NCBI GenBank assembly: GCA_963806225.1
Contig: CAWDXG010000004.1
Location: 2,240,001 to 2,304,000, forward strand
Direction: 5' to 3'
Length of the DNA stretch: 64,000 bases
From: an uncultured delta proteobacterium
GTDB lineage: Bacteria > Myxococcota_A > Polyangia > Polyangiales > Polyangiaceae
Positions 45,558-55,721 of the stretch are shown here, piece by piece. The first letter of the stretch is position 1. The number at the start of each line of letters is the position of its first letter. A program made the position numbers and the translations under genes. The notes beneath the pieces are model-generated. The model searched no databases and was not told where the DNA came from. It saw only the letters and a program-made list of their open reading frames with translations.

Positions 45558-46269
45558 GTGCCGGGCATGCCGAACCTGCACTCGCACGCCTTCCAGCGCG
45601 CCATGGCCGGCCTCACCGAGCACGCATCGGGAAGCGGCGATAGCTTCTGGACCTGGCGCGAGACCATGTACCGCTTTCTCGCGCGCCCGGGACCCGACGA
45701 GGTCGAGGCGATCGCGGCGGAGCTCCAGGTCGACATGCTGGAAGCGGGCTACACTGCGGTCGGCGAGTTCCGCACCATGCGCCGGACGGCCGCGGCTACG
45801 ACAACCCCGTCGAGCTGGCCGAGCGGGTCATCGCCGCCGCTCGGACGGCCGGCATCCGGCTGACGCTGCTACCGGCATTTCCGTCGGCGTCGCGGAGGAG
45901 CTGAGGTCGCTCGAGTACGCGCAGCGGCTGGCCTGCGAGGAGCGCAACCTGCTAACGGGCGACACGGTTCCGTCGGTCGGGACGTTCCTGTATTCGGCGG
46001 CGCTCGCGGGCGGTGCGCAGGCACTCGCACAGCCCATCGGCAACGTCGCGCCGGGGCTGCAGGCGGATCTTGTAGTGCTGGATCCCGACCACCCCGTATT
46101 CACGGGCCGTCCCCTCGAGCGCCTGCTCGACGCCTACGTCTTCAGCAGCCACGGCAATCCGGTGCGCGATGTGATGTTCGGCGGCCAGTGGGTGGTGAGG
46201 GACGGCCGCCACCGGGACCGCGAACTGGTGCGCAAGCGTTACCGGCAAGCAGTGGACCGTCTGCGCTGA
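45558..46269 (+). pseudogene. hutF: Formimidoylglutamate deiminase pseudogene
   Basis: PGMPNLHSHAFQRAMAG..SFWTWRETMY..VGEF, then a frameshift removing HYL, a large internal deletion after LTLLP, and an intact C-terminus EELRSLEYAQRL..ADLVVLD..VRDV; N-terminus absent. Confidence 0.85.
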
Positions 46270-46418
46270 CGCGCGCGTCCAGGCCATCTGGCACCGACAC
46301 GAACGCCCCATCGGGGCAGAAGTCCCACGCCGAGCATCCTGCGAGGCGTGGGCAAATGCTGCGCATTTTGCCGAGCTATTTCGTCGCGCCATGCGACTCC
46401 GCTGCAGGAAACCCCGCT

Positions 46419-46434
46419 TGGCACGCGCAGTGCA
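46419..46434 (+). promoter_or_regulatory. Putative sigma-54 promoter
   Basis: TGGCACGCGCAGTGCA, GG-N10-GC, upstream of the acyltransferase-nadE-asnB operon. Confidence 0.65.
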
Positions 46435-46571
46435 TTCGCGGAAGCAGGGGAATGGCATCCCAGACACCAGGACGGGAGACCCGGGGTTTTGTCGCGAGCG
46501 CAAGCGCGCGTCGCCATGGCGCCCGGAACCACGTCGCACGCATCAGCTTCGAGATACCAAAGGGGAACCAG

Positions 46572-47132
46572 ATGGGGGTCGACTACTGGGTCGCACAGAT
46601 CCTGCGCATGACCACCGATCGCCGCTACGCGTGGGACAAGGCAGAGCGTGCGCTCGGCTTCGCGCGCGCACTGCCACTGTTCCACAGCTGCGAGACGGGC
46701 ACGCATCTGTGCGCGACAGGTTTTGTCCGGGTGAGGAACGACGGGCGCGTCACCATCGGCAATCGGGTCACCTTCTTCGGAGGCATGCTCTCCACACAGA
46801 TCGTGTGCCACCCCGGCGCCACACTCGAGATCGGCGACGAGTCCACTTTCAACTACGGGGTGTCCATCGATGCAGCCGAATCCATCCGGATCGGCCGGCG
46901 CTGTCTGGTGGCTTCAATGGTCCGGATTTCGGACGCAAGTGCAGGGCAACACCTTCCCGTAACGATCGGCGAGGATGTCTGGATCGCGCACAGCGCGATC
47001 CTCGAACCGGGCGTCACGATCGGCAACGGTTCGGTGATCGCCGCAGGCAGCGTCGTGACCCGGGACGTGCCTCCCCGCTCGCTGGCGATCGGCAATCCGG
47101 CACGCAGCATGGCATTGGAGGTGCGGGCATGA
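46572..47132 (+). CDS. Hexapeptide-repeat acyltransferase
   Basis: IGDES, IGRRC, PVTIGEDVWI..PGVTIGNGSVIAAGSVVTRDVP..GNPAR. Confidence 0.85.
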   Translation: MGVDYWVAQILRMTTDRRYAWDKAERALGFARALPLFHSCETGTHLCATGFVRVRNDGRVTIGNRVTFFGGMLSTQIVCHPGATLEIGDESTFNYGVSIDAAESIRIGRRCLVASMVRISDASAGQHLPVTIGEDVWIAHSAILEPGVTIGNGSVIAAGSVVTRDVPPRSLAIGNPARSMALEVRA

Positions 47133-48112
47133 CTTTCTCACGCAGCGTCCTCGACATCGACGCCCAGGCGGAAGCAGCGGTCATCGAACAGTCGATCCGC
47201 GACCAGGTGCACGGCACACTGCACCGCCGCGGCGCGGTCGTCGGACTTTCAGGCGGCGCCGACAGCTCGGTCGTCGCCACGCTCTGCGTGCGCGCCCTTG
47301 GCGCCGAACGGGTGCTGGGACTGCTGATGCCCGAACGCGATTCGTCCGGTGATTCGTTGCGGCTGGGCAGGACGATTGCCCGGCACCTGGGCCTGAAGGA
47401 GATCGTGGAGGACATCGCACCCGCGCTCGAAGCGCTCGGTTGCTATTCGCGCCAGACGCAAGCCATCCAGCAGGTATTCCCCGAGTATGGCGACGGTTGG
47501 CGTTGCAAGATCACGCTCCCTTCCATCCTCGACAGCGAGCGGCTCAACGTCTTCAAGCTGACCGTGGAGGATCCCGATGGTGCGACGCGCACGAGCCGCA
47601 TGCCGCTGGCTGCGTACCTCGGGCTGGTCGCCGCGACGAACTTCAAGCAGCGCGTGCGCAAGATGACGGAGTACTACCACGCCGACCGGCTGGGCTACGC
47701 CGTCGCCGGCACGCCAAACCGGCTGGAGTACGACCAGGGATTTTTCGTCAAGCAGGGCGACGGCGCAGCCGATTTCAAACCGATCGCACACCTGTACAAG
47801 ACGCAGGTGTACGCGCTCGCCGCCTACCTGGGGGTACCCGAGGAGATCCGGCAGCGCCCCCCCACGACCGACACGTACTCCATGGAGCAGACGCAGGACG
47901 AGTTCTACTTCGCCCTCCCTTATGACCGCATGGACCTGTGTCTGTACGCCTACAGCCACGACATCGCGGCGGCCGAGGTCGCGCCGATCGTCGACCTCGC
48001 TCCAGCGCAGGTCGAGCGTGTCTACCGGGACATCGCGTCCAAGCGGCGGGCCACGAGATACCTGCACGCCCCGCCGCTGCTGGTGCGCAAGGTGGAGGAA
48101 GTGGGAATCTAG
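47129..48112 (+). CDS. nadE: NAD(+) synthetase-like ATP-dependent amidoligase (cluster-associated paralog)
   Basis: GLSGGADSS PP-loop, NFKQRVR, GTPNRLE..GFFVKQGDG, PIAHLYKTQV. Confidence 0.85.
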   Translation: MTFSRSVLDIDAQAEAAVIEQSIRDQVHGTLHRRGAVVGLSGGADSSVVATLCVRALGAERVLGLLMPERDSSGDSLRLGRTIARHLGLKEIVEDIAPALEALGCYSRQTQAIQQVFPEYGDGWRCKITLPSILDSERLNVFKLTVEDPDGATRTSRMPLAAYLGLVAATNFKQRVRKMTEYYHADRLGYAVAGTPNRLEYDQGFFVKQGDGAADFKPIAHLYKTQVYALAAYLGVPEEIRQRPPTTDTYSMEQTQDEFYFALPYDRMDLCLYAYSHDIAAAEVAPIVDLAPAQVERVYRDIASKRRATRYLHAPPLLVRKVEEVGI

Positions 48113-48114
48113 CC

Positions 48115-50073
48115 ATGTGCGGAATCGCCGGCATCCTGTCGCTCGACGGGCGGTCGCCGCCACCCGATTTCCATGAACTCGCGACGATGGCCTCGGCGCT
48201 CAGGCACCGCGGGCCAGACGAATTCGGCGCCTACCGTGATCGCCGCATCGGACTGGCCCACGCACGCCTGTCGATCATCGATCTTTCCACGGGACAGCAG
48301 CCTCTGGCGAACGAGGACGAGGCGCTCTGGATCGTGTTCAACGGCGAGATCTTCAACTACGTCGAACTGCGCGACGAGCTGTCGTCGCTCGGTCACGTGT
48401 TCCGGACCCGGAGCGACACGGAGGTCATCGTCCACGCCTACGAGCAGTGGGGGAACGACGCCTTCCCACGCTTCAACGGGCAGTGGGCCCTCGCCCTCTG
48501 GAACAATCGCGAACGGCGCCTTGTCCTCTCGCGCGATCGGCTCGGGATCCGACCCCTCTACTACTGCCAGCACGCAGGTCGTCTGCTGTTTGCAAGCGAG
48601 GTGAAGGCCATCTTCACGGCAGACGCATCGATCCCGCGCGCGCTCGACCCCACCGGGCTCGACGAGACGTTCACCTTCTGGTCGATCGTGCCACCACAGA
48701 GCGTCTTTTCCGGCGTCTACGAGCTCGAGCCCGGGCACGTCCAGAGCTGGCAGGACGGCGTCGTCCGCGACCATGCTTACTGGACCCCATCCTACGAGCC
48801 GCGCTTTCTGGGCTCGCTGGATGAAGCCGCAGAAGCGGTGTGCGCCCAGCTATTGGAAGCGACGCGACTCAGGATGCTGCGCGCCGACGTCCCGGTGGGC
48901 AGCTACCTGTCGGGCGGGCTCGACAGCTCGCTGGTCGCGGCCATGGGCCACGAAGCGAAGCAGGAAGGATTCCGCACATTCTCGCTGCGCTTCGCCGACT
49001 CGGAATACGACGAAACCGACTACCAGCGCACAATGGCCGAGCTCCTGGGCAGCGAGCACCAGGAGGTCATGGTCCGGCGCGAGGACATCGCCGAGATCTT
49101 TCCGGACGTTGTCTTCCACACCGAACGCCCAATCCTGCGGACCGCTCCGGCGCCGCTGTTCCTCCTGTCGCGACTGGTGCGGCGGGCCGGCATCAAGGTC
49201 GTGCTGACGGGCGAGGGCGCCGACGAGATGTTCGCCGGCTACGATCTGTTCCGGGAAGCGAAGGTGCGGCGCTTCTGGGCCCGCCACCCCGAGTCCACGC
49301 TGCGGCCGCGCCTTCTGGAACGGCTCTATCCCTACCTGGCGCGCTCGCCGGTCGCCCAGCGCGCGATCACCCAGCAGTTCTTCGGGCGCGGGCTCCACGC
49401 ACATCGGCAGCCGGGCTTTTCGCACGCCCCGCGCTGGCAGAGCGCAGCAGCACTGAAGCGGCTCTTCACCGAGGAGTTCCGCCGTTCCGGTGCCGTCGAG
49501 CACCTGCTCGGTGGGCTTCCCGGGGAATTCGCAGGCTGGTCGCCGCTCGCGCAGGACCAGTACCTGGAGGTGCGGACGCTGCTCTCCGGCTACCTCCTGT
49601 CGTCCCAGGGCGATCGCATGCTGATGGCGAACTCCGTCGAGGGGCGCTTTCCCTTCCTCGACAAGAACGTGGTCGAGCTCGCCAACTCGCTTCCGGCGAG
49701 CTACAAGCTGCGCGTCCTCGACGAGAAGCACGTGCTCAAGCGCGCAAGCGTTGGTCGAGTGCCGCTCGCCATCCGCGCGCGCAAGAAGCAGCCCTATCGC
49801 GCGCCTGACGCCGCCGCGTTCGCGAAGGGCCCGGACTGGATCCGGGACGTTCTCGACGAGACAGCGCTCAAGAGCGCCGGCGTTTTCGACCCACGCGCAG
49901 TGACGCAGCTCTGGACCAAGTGCCAATCGCGCGGTGAGAGCGGCACGTTCTCCAATGCAGACAACATGGCGGTGACGGGAGTGCTGTCGACACAGCTCCT
50001 GCATCGCTTCTTCGTGAGCGAGCGGCCGCGCTTCGAGCCCGTCCACTTCCTCACACAAAGGGACCTTTCATGA
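48115..50073 (+). CDS. asnB: Asparagine synthase (glutamine-hydrolyzing) family amidotransferase
   Basis: MCGIAG, HRGPD, FNGEIFN, LSGGLDSS, LTGEGADE, EGRFPFLD. Confidence 0.93.
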   Translation: MCGIAGILSLDGRSPPPDFHELATMASALRHRGPDEFGAYRDRRIGLAHARLSIIDLSTGQQPLANEDEALWIVFNGEIFNYVELRDELSSLGHVFRTRSDTEVIVHAYEQWGNDAFPRFNGQWALALWNNRERRLVLSRDRLGIRPLYYCQHAGRLLFASEVKAIFTADASIPRALDPTGLDETFTFWSIVPPQSVFSGVYELEPGHVQSWQDGVVRDHAYWTPSYEPRFLGSLDEAAEAVCAQLLEATRLRMLRADVPVGSYLSGGLDSSLVAAMGHEAKQEGFRTFSLRFADSEYDETDYQRTMAELLGSEHQEVMVRREDIAEIFPDVVFHTERPILRTAPAPLFLLSRLVRRAGIKVVLTGEGADEMFAGYDLFREAKVRRFWARHPESTLRPRLLERLYPYLARSPVAQRAITQQFFGRGLHAHRQPGFSHAPRWQSAAALKRLFTEEFRRSGAVEHLLGGLPGEFAGWSPLAQDQYLEVRTLLSGYLLSSQGDRMLMANSVEGRFPFLDKNVVELANSLPASYKLRVLDEKHVLKRASVGRVPLAIRARKKQPYRAPDAAAFAKGPDWIRDVLDETALKSAGVFDPRAVTQLWTKCQSRGESGTFSNADNMAVTGVLSTQLLHRFFVSERPRFEPVHFLTQRDLS

Positions 50074-51626
50074 CCTCCGGCACTCCCCTACTGCAGGACT
50101 TCCTCGGCGACTCGGCCCAACGCGCTCCCGACAAGGTCGCGCTGGTGTGCCAGGGACAGCGCCTCCGCTACTCCGAGCTGGAAGCCCATTCCAACGCCCT
50201 GGCGCACGCCCTGGTCAAGCGGGGCGTAGAGCGAGGCGACCGTGTGATCATCTTCGCGGACAACAGCGTCGAGGCGGCGATCTCGTTCTGGGCCGCGCTC
50301 AAGGCGAACGCCGTGGTCTCCGTGGTCAATCCGCAGACCAAAGCCGACAAGCTCGCGTACTACCTGAACGACTGCCGGGCGACGGCACTGATCGCCGGCG
50401 GGCATCTTGCGCGCGAGTTCAGCGCGGCGGCTCTGCAGTCGAAGTGGCTGAAGACTGTCGTCGTCGCGGGAGAGGCGGACCCAGCGCTGACGGCTGGTCT
50501 TGTCGGGCGGACCGACTTCGGCGAAGCGCTGGAGGGCGGCCCGCGCGACCGCCCTCCCCCCCACAGTTCGATCGATGTCGACCTCGCCGCCATCATCTAC
50601 ACAAGCGGCAGCACCGGCGACCCCAAAGGCGTGATGCTCACGCACCGGAACATGATCACCGCTTCCACGTCGGTCACCACGTACCTGGAAAACACTGACG
50701 ACGACGTGATCCTCGGCGTGCTGCCGTTGTCGTTCGACTACGGGCTGTACCAGATGATCATGGCCTTCCAGGTCGGGGCGCGTCTGGTCCTCGAACGCTC
50801 GTTCACCTTCCCGGCCCAGGTGCTGTCCGCGATGATCGAGGAGGGCGTGACGGGCTTTCCGGGTGTGCCCACCATCTTCGCCATCCTCGCGGAGCTGAAG
50901 ACCCTGGGCGAGCTCGACCTCTCCAGCGTCCGCTACGTGACCAACACCGCCGCAGCCTTGCCGGTCAAGCACATCACTATGCTGAAGGACCTGTTCCCGA
51001 CGGCGCGCATCTACTCCATGTACGGGCTGACCGAGTGCAAACGCTGCACCTATCTACCGCCTCGGGACCTCGACAAGAAGCCGACCAGCGTGGGGATCGC
51101 GATCCCCAACACCGAGCTCTGGGTGGTCGACGAGAACGACCAGCGCGTCGGACCAGGCCAGGTCGGACAACTCGTCATCCGGGGCGCCACCGTGATGCGC
51201 GGCTACTGGGAGAAGCCGGAAGCGACCGCGGAGAAGCTGAAGCCGGGGCCGCTACCGGGGGAAGTCGTGCTGTACACGGGCGACTACGTGAAGCTCGACG
51301 ACGACGGCTACCTGTACTTCGTCGGTCGGATGGACGACATGATCAAGTCGCGCGGCGAGAAGGTCGCGCCCAAGGAAGTCGAGACCGCGTTGATGAACAT
51401 CCCCGGCGTCAAGGAAGCCGCGGTCATCGGCGTTCCCGATCCGATCCTGGGCAGCGCGATCAAGGCGTTCGTCGCGCTCGAGCGGGGCGTCAGCATGACC
51501 ACCAAGGAGATCCAGCATCACTGCCAGAACCGACTGGAGGCCTTCATGGTGCCGAAGCACGTGGTGTTCGTTCCGAAGCTCCCCAAGACGACCACCGGGA
51601 AAATCAAGAAGACGGGGCTATCATGA
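50070..51626 (+). CDS. AMP-dependent adenylation enzyme (acyl/aminoacyl-carrier ligase)
   Basis: YTSGSTGDPKG, LSFDYG, MYGLTE, YTGD, PKTTTGK. Confidence 0.9.
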   Translation: MTSGTPLLQDFLGDSAQRAPDKVALVCQGQRLRYSELEAHSNALAHALVKRGVERGDRVIIFADNSVEAAISFWAALKANAVVSVVNPQTKADKLAYYLNDCRATALIAGGHLAREFSAAALQSKWLKTVVVAGEADPALTAGLVGRTDFGEALEGGPRDRPPPHSSIDVDLAAIIYTSGSTGDPKGVMLTHRNMITASTSVTTYLENTDDDVILGVLPLSFDYGLYQMIMAFQVGARLVLERSFTFPAQVLSAMIEEGVTGFPGVPTIFAILAELKTLGELDLSSVRYVTNTAAALPVKHITMLKDLFPTARIYSMYGLTECKRCTYLPPRDLDKKPTSVGIAIPNTELWVVDENDQRVGPGQVGQLVIRGATVMRGYWEKPEATAEKLKPGPLPGEVVLYTGDYVKLDDDGYLYFVGRMDDMIKSRGEKVAPKEVETALMNIPGVKEAAVIGVPDPILGSAIKAFVALERGVSMTTKEIQHHCQNRLEAFMVPKHVVFVPKLPKTTTGKIKKTGLS

Positions 51627-51661
51627 ACGACATTCTCGAGACAACAACGCGAGGCAAGCTG

Positions 51662-51904
51662 ATGGACACCAACGAGCGGGTCCGTAGGTTCATCACCACG
51701 AACTTCTACGTCACCTCCCCCGAAGCGCTGGGCGACCAGGCTTCGCTGCTGGACGCTGGCGTAGTGGACTCCACCGGCGTGCTTGAAGTCATCGGTTTCC
51801 TCGAAACGGAGTTCGGGATCACGGTGGAAGACGTGGAGATCACGCCCGAGAATTTCGACTCGATCAGCCGCATTACGGCTTACGTGCGAAGCAAGAGCTC
51901 CTGA
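51662..51904 (+). CDS. Acyl carrier protein (alternative start 51623)
   Basis: LLDAGVVDSTGVLEV phosphopantetheine motif; ENFDSI. Confidence 0.88.
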   Translation: MDTNERVRRFITTNFYVTSPEALGDQASLLDAGVVDSTGVLEVIGFLETEFGITVEDVEITPENFDSISRITAYVRSKSS

Positions 51905-52277
51905 CCCGCGTCGCGGTGTCACACACCGCGGAGCGCGGAACAGAGAACGGAGCGCGGATGTCTCATGACGTGCAGCGACTGCGAGACACCCCCGGCAACA
52001 GCAGAGAACCGGTCACGCTTGTCCCCGAGCGCGTCGGCCTGCCACCGTCTCCAGCGCTTCACATCCTCGACGCCGGAAGGACGATTCGCTTCCGACGCAC
52101 TTCACGCGCGCGGAGCTTGCGCGCGAATCCACTGGTCCAGCCAGAGTTGCGCACCCGCTCGCGGTCGCGCCAACCACTCGACGATGCGCTCGAAACTTTT
52201 GCGTACCGCTTTCTAGCGCTGCGGTCGCGCCTTACGGTGGGATGTACAACAGAAAGAGCACTCGAACGGTTTCCAGC

Positions 52278-53690
52278 ATGACGGAAGGAACACACGACGC
52301 GAAGGTCCTGGTGGTCGATGACGACCAGGAGCGTGGGCAGGTGCTCGCACGCGAGTTCGCGGATGACGGCTACTCAGCCGAATTGGCGCAGTGGGCGGAG
52401 CTCGGCTCGCGAACACCGGCCCCGGACGTTGCGATCTGCGGGATGCGCACGTGGGCTTCGAATGGCCCCCGCCTGCTCGGAATTCTCGCGCGGGAACTCC
52501 CTGGGGTCCCAGCCATCGTGGTGACCCGGAACGGAGCGATCGACGACGCCGTGGACGCCATCAAACGCGGCGCGTTCCACTACTTGACCGAACCGTACGA
52601 TCCGGCGGAGTTGCATTCACTGGTCGCGAAGGCAGCGGGGCGGGCACCAGAAGGGGCACCGGCCGCGCACGCAAGCGAGCGTCCGCCAGCGGACACCGTC
52701 GAGGATCTCGTGAAGACCAGCGACGTCATGCGAAGGCTCGACGAAGCAATCTCTCTCGTTGCCCAGGCCAGCGCGCCGGTGCTCGTGCTCGGCGAGAGCG
52801 GAACGGGCAAGGAGCGAGTGGCGCGGGCCATCCACGCACGCGGACCCCGGCGCGGGCGTTCGTTCGTCGCGGTGAACACCTCGGCAATCCCCGAGCAACT
52901 GCTCGAGAGCGAAGTCTTCGGCCACGTGCGCGGAGCGTTCACAGGCGCCACCCAGACCAGAAAGGGGCTCCTGGCCGAAGCGGAAGGCGGCACCTTGCTC
53001 CTCGACGAGATCGGCGACATGCCGCTCGGGCTACAGGCGAAGTTGCTGCGGATGCTCCAGTTCGGCGAGGCCCGACCGGTCGGCAGCGATCGCACACGGC
53101 GGGCGGATGTGCGCGTGATCGCGGCCACGCATCGTAATCTCCTGAAGCTCTGCCGCGAAGGACGCTTCCGCGAGGATCTGCGCTACCGCCTGAACGTCAT
53201 ACCACTCGTGGTTCCGCCATTGCGCGAACGCAAGGAAGACATCGCCGTGCTCGCGGAACAGTTCCTTGCCTACGCGCAGGAACGAACACCGGGCTCACCG
53301 GTCCGGGCCATCAGTGACGAGGCGATGAGTATCTTCGAACACGCCTCGTGGTTCGGGAACGTGCGGGAGCTCGAAAGCACGATTGAGCGGCTGGTCGTGC
53401 TCGGCCGGGAACCCACCATCGAGGCACGCGACGTAGCCTATCTCCAGGCACCGCCGATGGTGGCAGCTGCGGCCTGGCCGACAGCACCGGGCGAGCTCTG
53501 GTCACTCAAGCGCGTCAACGCATCCTACGTGGCGTGGGTCCTGGCACGGACCGGGGGCAACAAGGCCCGCGCTGCCGAGATCCTGGGCGTGGATCTGTCC
53601 ACGCTATACCGGTGGCAGCATGCCTCCGGGCATCGCAGGAGCCGCAACGGGCACGCGACGGACACGCCGCCGGGAAGCAGCCCCGGCTGA
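52278..53690 (+). CDS. Sigma-54-dependent response regulator (NtrC family) with atypical receiver
   Basis: VLVVDDD, GESGTGKE, GAFTGA, LLLDEIGD, Fis-type HTH; Gly at the expected phospho-Asp position. Confidence 0.92.
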   Translation: MTEGTHDAKVLVVDDDQERGQVLAREFADDGYSAELAQWAELGSRTPAPDVAICGMRTWASNGPRLLGILARELPGVPAIVVTRNGAIDDAVDAIKRGAFHYLTEPYDPAELHSLVAKAAGRAPEGAPAAHASERPPADTVEDLVKTSDVMRRLDEAISLVAQASAPVLVLGESGTGKERVARAIHARGPRRGRSFVAVNTSAIPEQLLESEVFGHVRGAFTGATQTRKGLLAEAEGGTLLLDEIGDMPLGLQAKLLRMLQFGEARPVGSDRTRRADVRVIAATHRNLLKLCREGRFREDLRYRLNVIPLVVPPLRERKEDIAVLAEQFLAYAQERTPGSPVRAISDEAMSIFEHASWFGNVRELESTIERLVVLGREPTIEARDVAYLQAPPMVAAAAWPTAPGELWSLKRVNASYVAWVLARTGGNKARAAEILGVDLSTLYRWQHASGHRRSRNGHATDTPPGSSPG

Positions 53691-53861
53691 CGTCGGCGAC
53701 GGTCGGCCCACTTTCCCGCTCGCGGCAAGCGGAGGCGCTTCACATCCGCACCGCCGAGGTCCGTTCCGGAGCGGCGCGCGACGCATGAGCGAAATGCGAA
53801 CGCGATACGCACGATGCACGGTATCCGTGGCCCTTCGCGTCGCGAGACGGGCCGTCTCTTG

Positions 53862-53877
53862 CGGCACGCAACGTGCT
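53862..53877 (+). promoter_or_regulatory. Putative sigma-54 promoter
   Basis: CGGCACGCAACGTGCT, GG-N10-GC, just upstream of the priming sugar transferase. Confidence 0.5.
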
Positions 53878-53890
53878 TGTATTTCCCAAC

Positions 53891-55309
53891 ATGAGCGGGG
53901 GGCAGACACAGAAGCTTGATCGCGCAGGGGATGCGCTTCTGCTCGTCGTGGCTTCAATAGTTGCGACCACCGTCGAAGGCGGCTTCCGGTGGAGGATCGC
54001 GCTGGCGTTGTTGGTCACCTCGGCGCTGTTGTGGCTGCTCGCCGCGCGGACGCTTCGGCAGTACGACACCGGCAACGGCCGGGGGTTCTACGGCGACATC
54101 GCTCTGACCGCGGTGATGCTCGCGGCCATCCTCGTGCCGATGGCGATGCTCGGTCTGCTACTGCCGGAATACGCCGGCGCCGCCTACGTTGGCCGCTTCC
54201 TGCTCGTGCTGGTGCCGGCCGTGCTCGTACTGCGTACGATCACGATTGGACTCCAGCTCTGGCAGGCTCGTCCGATCGCCGATGTGCTCGTTGCGGGCAT
54301 CGGCCCGCTGGGTCGCCTGACCGGCGCGCATATCGCCGGCGCCGAGCGGTCCCGGACGCTGGTCGGGTACTTGCGCTTCGAGGACGAGTCGATGGAGCAC
54401 CGGGGCGGTGCGTTGCTCGTCGACCTGCCCCCCCTGGACGGCGCCCCGCGCGTCGAGGCTCCGGTGCTCGGCACCATCGACGACCTCGAGCGCACGCTGC
54501 GCGAGCGCGTCGTGGACGAGGTGTACTTCGCGTCCTCAGCGCCCGGCCACCGCGAACAGATCCAGGCTGCCATCCAGACCTGCGAGAAGCTCGGCATCCC
54601 GTTTGCGCTTCCCGCCTGTACGTACCGCCTGACGCGCGCGTTCCCGAGCCACGGCGGCGGGGGGCTATCGGACGGCTACACGCACTTCCTCACCGTACGT
54701 TTCACGCCGTGGCAGTGGTGGCTGAAGCGACTGTTCGATGTCGCGGCCTCGTCCTTCGCGCTGCTCTGCTTGTCGCCGCTGCTCGCTTTCGTGGCCATCG
54801 GCATCAAGCTCGGGTCCCGCGGCCCCGTGTTGTTCAAGCAGGATCGCGTGGGGCTGCACGGCCGCGAATTCCACATGCTGAAGTTCCGCTCGATGGTGGT
54901 CAACGCCGAGGAGCTGAAGCAGATGCTCCTCGCGTCGAACGAGCAGAGCGGTCCGGTGTTCAAGATGCAGCGGGACCCGCGCGTGACACGCATCGGTCGC
55001 TTTATCCGCAAGTTCAGCATCGACGAGCTTCCGCAACTGGTCAACGTGCTCCGGGGCGACATGTCGATCGTCGGTCCCCGCCCGCCACTGCCGAGCGAAG
55101 TCGAGCTCTACGAGGCCTGGCAGCGGCGAAGGCTCTCCGTGCGACCCGGGCTCACGTGTGTGTGGCAGGTGAGTGGGCGCAACGAGATCTCCTTCCAGGA
55201 TTGGATGCTGCTGGACATGCGGTACATCGATCATTGGAGCCTTGCTCGCGATTTCAACCTGATCTGGAAGACCGTACCCGTCGTCCTGACGGGACGGGGC
55301 GCAAGCTAG
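53891..55309 (+). CDS. Priming polyprenyl glycosylphosphotransferase (WcaJ/WbaP/EpsZ family)
   Basis: N-terminal TMs; KRLFD, KFRSM, DPRVT, DELPQL, SIVGPRP, RPGLT..WQV. Confidence 0.93.
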   Translation: MSGGQTQKLDRAGDALLLVVASIVATTVEGGFRWRIALALLVTSALLWLLAARTLRQYDTGNGRGFYGDIALTAVMLAAILVPMAMLGLLLPEYAGAAYVGRFLLVLVPAVLVLRTITIGLQLWQARPIADVLVAGIGPLGRLTGAHIAGAERSRTLVGYLRFEDESMEHRGGALLVDLPPLDGAPRVEAPVLGTIDDLERTLRERVVDEVYFASSAPGHREQIQAAIQTCEKLGIPFALPACTYRLTRAFPSHGGGGLSDGYTHFLTVRFTPWQWWLKRLFDVAASSFALLCLSPLLAFVAIGIKLGSRGPVLFKQDRVGLHGREFHMLKFRSMVVNAEELKQMLLASNEQSGPVFKMQRDPRVTRIGRFIRKFSIDELPQLVNVLRGDMSIVGPRPPLPSEVELYEAWQRRRLSVRPGLTCVWQVSGRNEISFQDWMLLDMRYIDHWSLARDFNLIWKTVPVVLTGRGAS

Positions 55310-55318
55310 AGGAAGGGC

Positions 55319-55720
55319 ATGAAGCGTTTCGCTATGGTGGTGGAGGACGACCCTGAGCTGCAGGAAGAAATGCTCGCGCATCTCAGGCGCCTGGATTTCG
55401 ATACCTGCGGCGCGCTGCACTACGATGAGGCCATCGAGCGGCTCGCGTCGTGCAGCCCGCACATCGTGTGCGTGGACATTGGACTGCCTACACGCTCCGG
55501 GTACGATCTATGTGAGTACATCCGCGGTCAGCTGGCGTTCGACCAGGTCCCCATCCTGGTGACAAGCGACTCGGGCCTCCCCGAAGACATGGCAAACGCC
55601 GAGGAAGCAGGCGCGAACGCTTTCTTGAAGAAGCCGTTCTCCATGCGTCAGCTGACCGACTACGTCGAGGCGCTGCTCGGACAGGTGGAAAAGCGCAAGC
55701 CACGACGACTGGAGCGTTGA
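55319..55720 (+). CDS. Single-domain response regulator
   Basis: VVEDD, VDIGLP, GANAFLKKPF. Confidence 0.9.
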   Translation: MKRFAMVVEDDPELQEEMLAHLRRLDFDTCGALHYDEAIERLASCSPHIVCVDIGLPTRSGYDLCEYIRGQLAFDQVPILVTSDSGLPEDMANAEEAGANAFLKKPFSMRQLTDYVEALLGQVEKRKPRRLER

Positions 55721-55721
55721 G

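Noticed and set aside
51912..51930. Hairpin after the ACP gene as an intrinsic terminator
   Set aside because: 8-bp stem present but no U-tract, so it was not called
51905..52277. Small ORFs or ncRNA in the intergenic region
   Set aside because: No recognisable motif, RBS or RNA family signature
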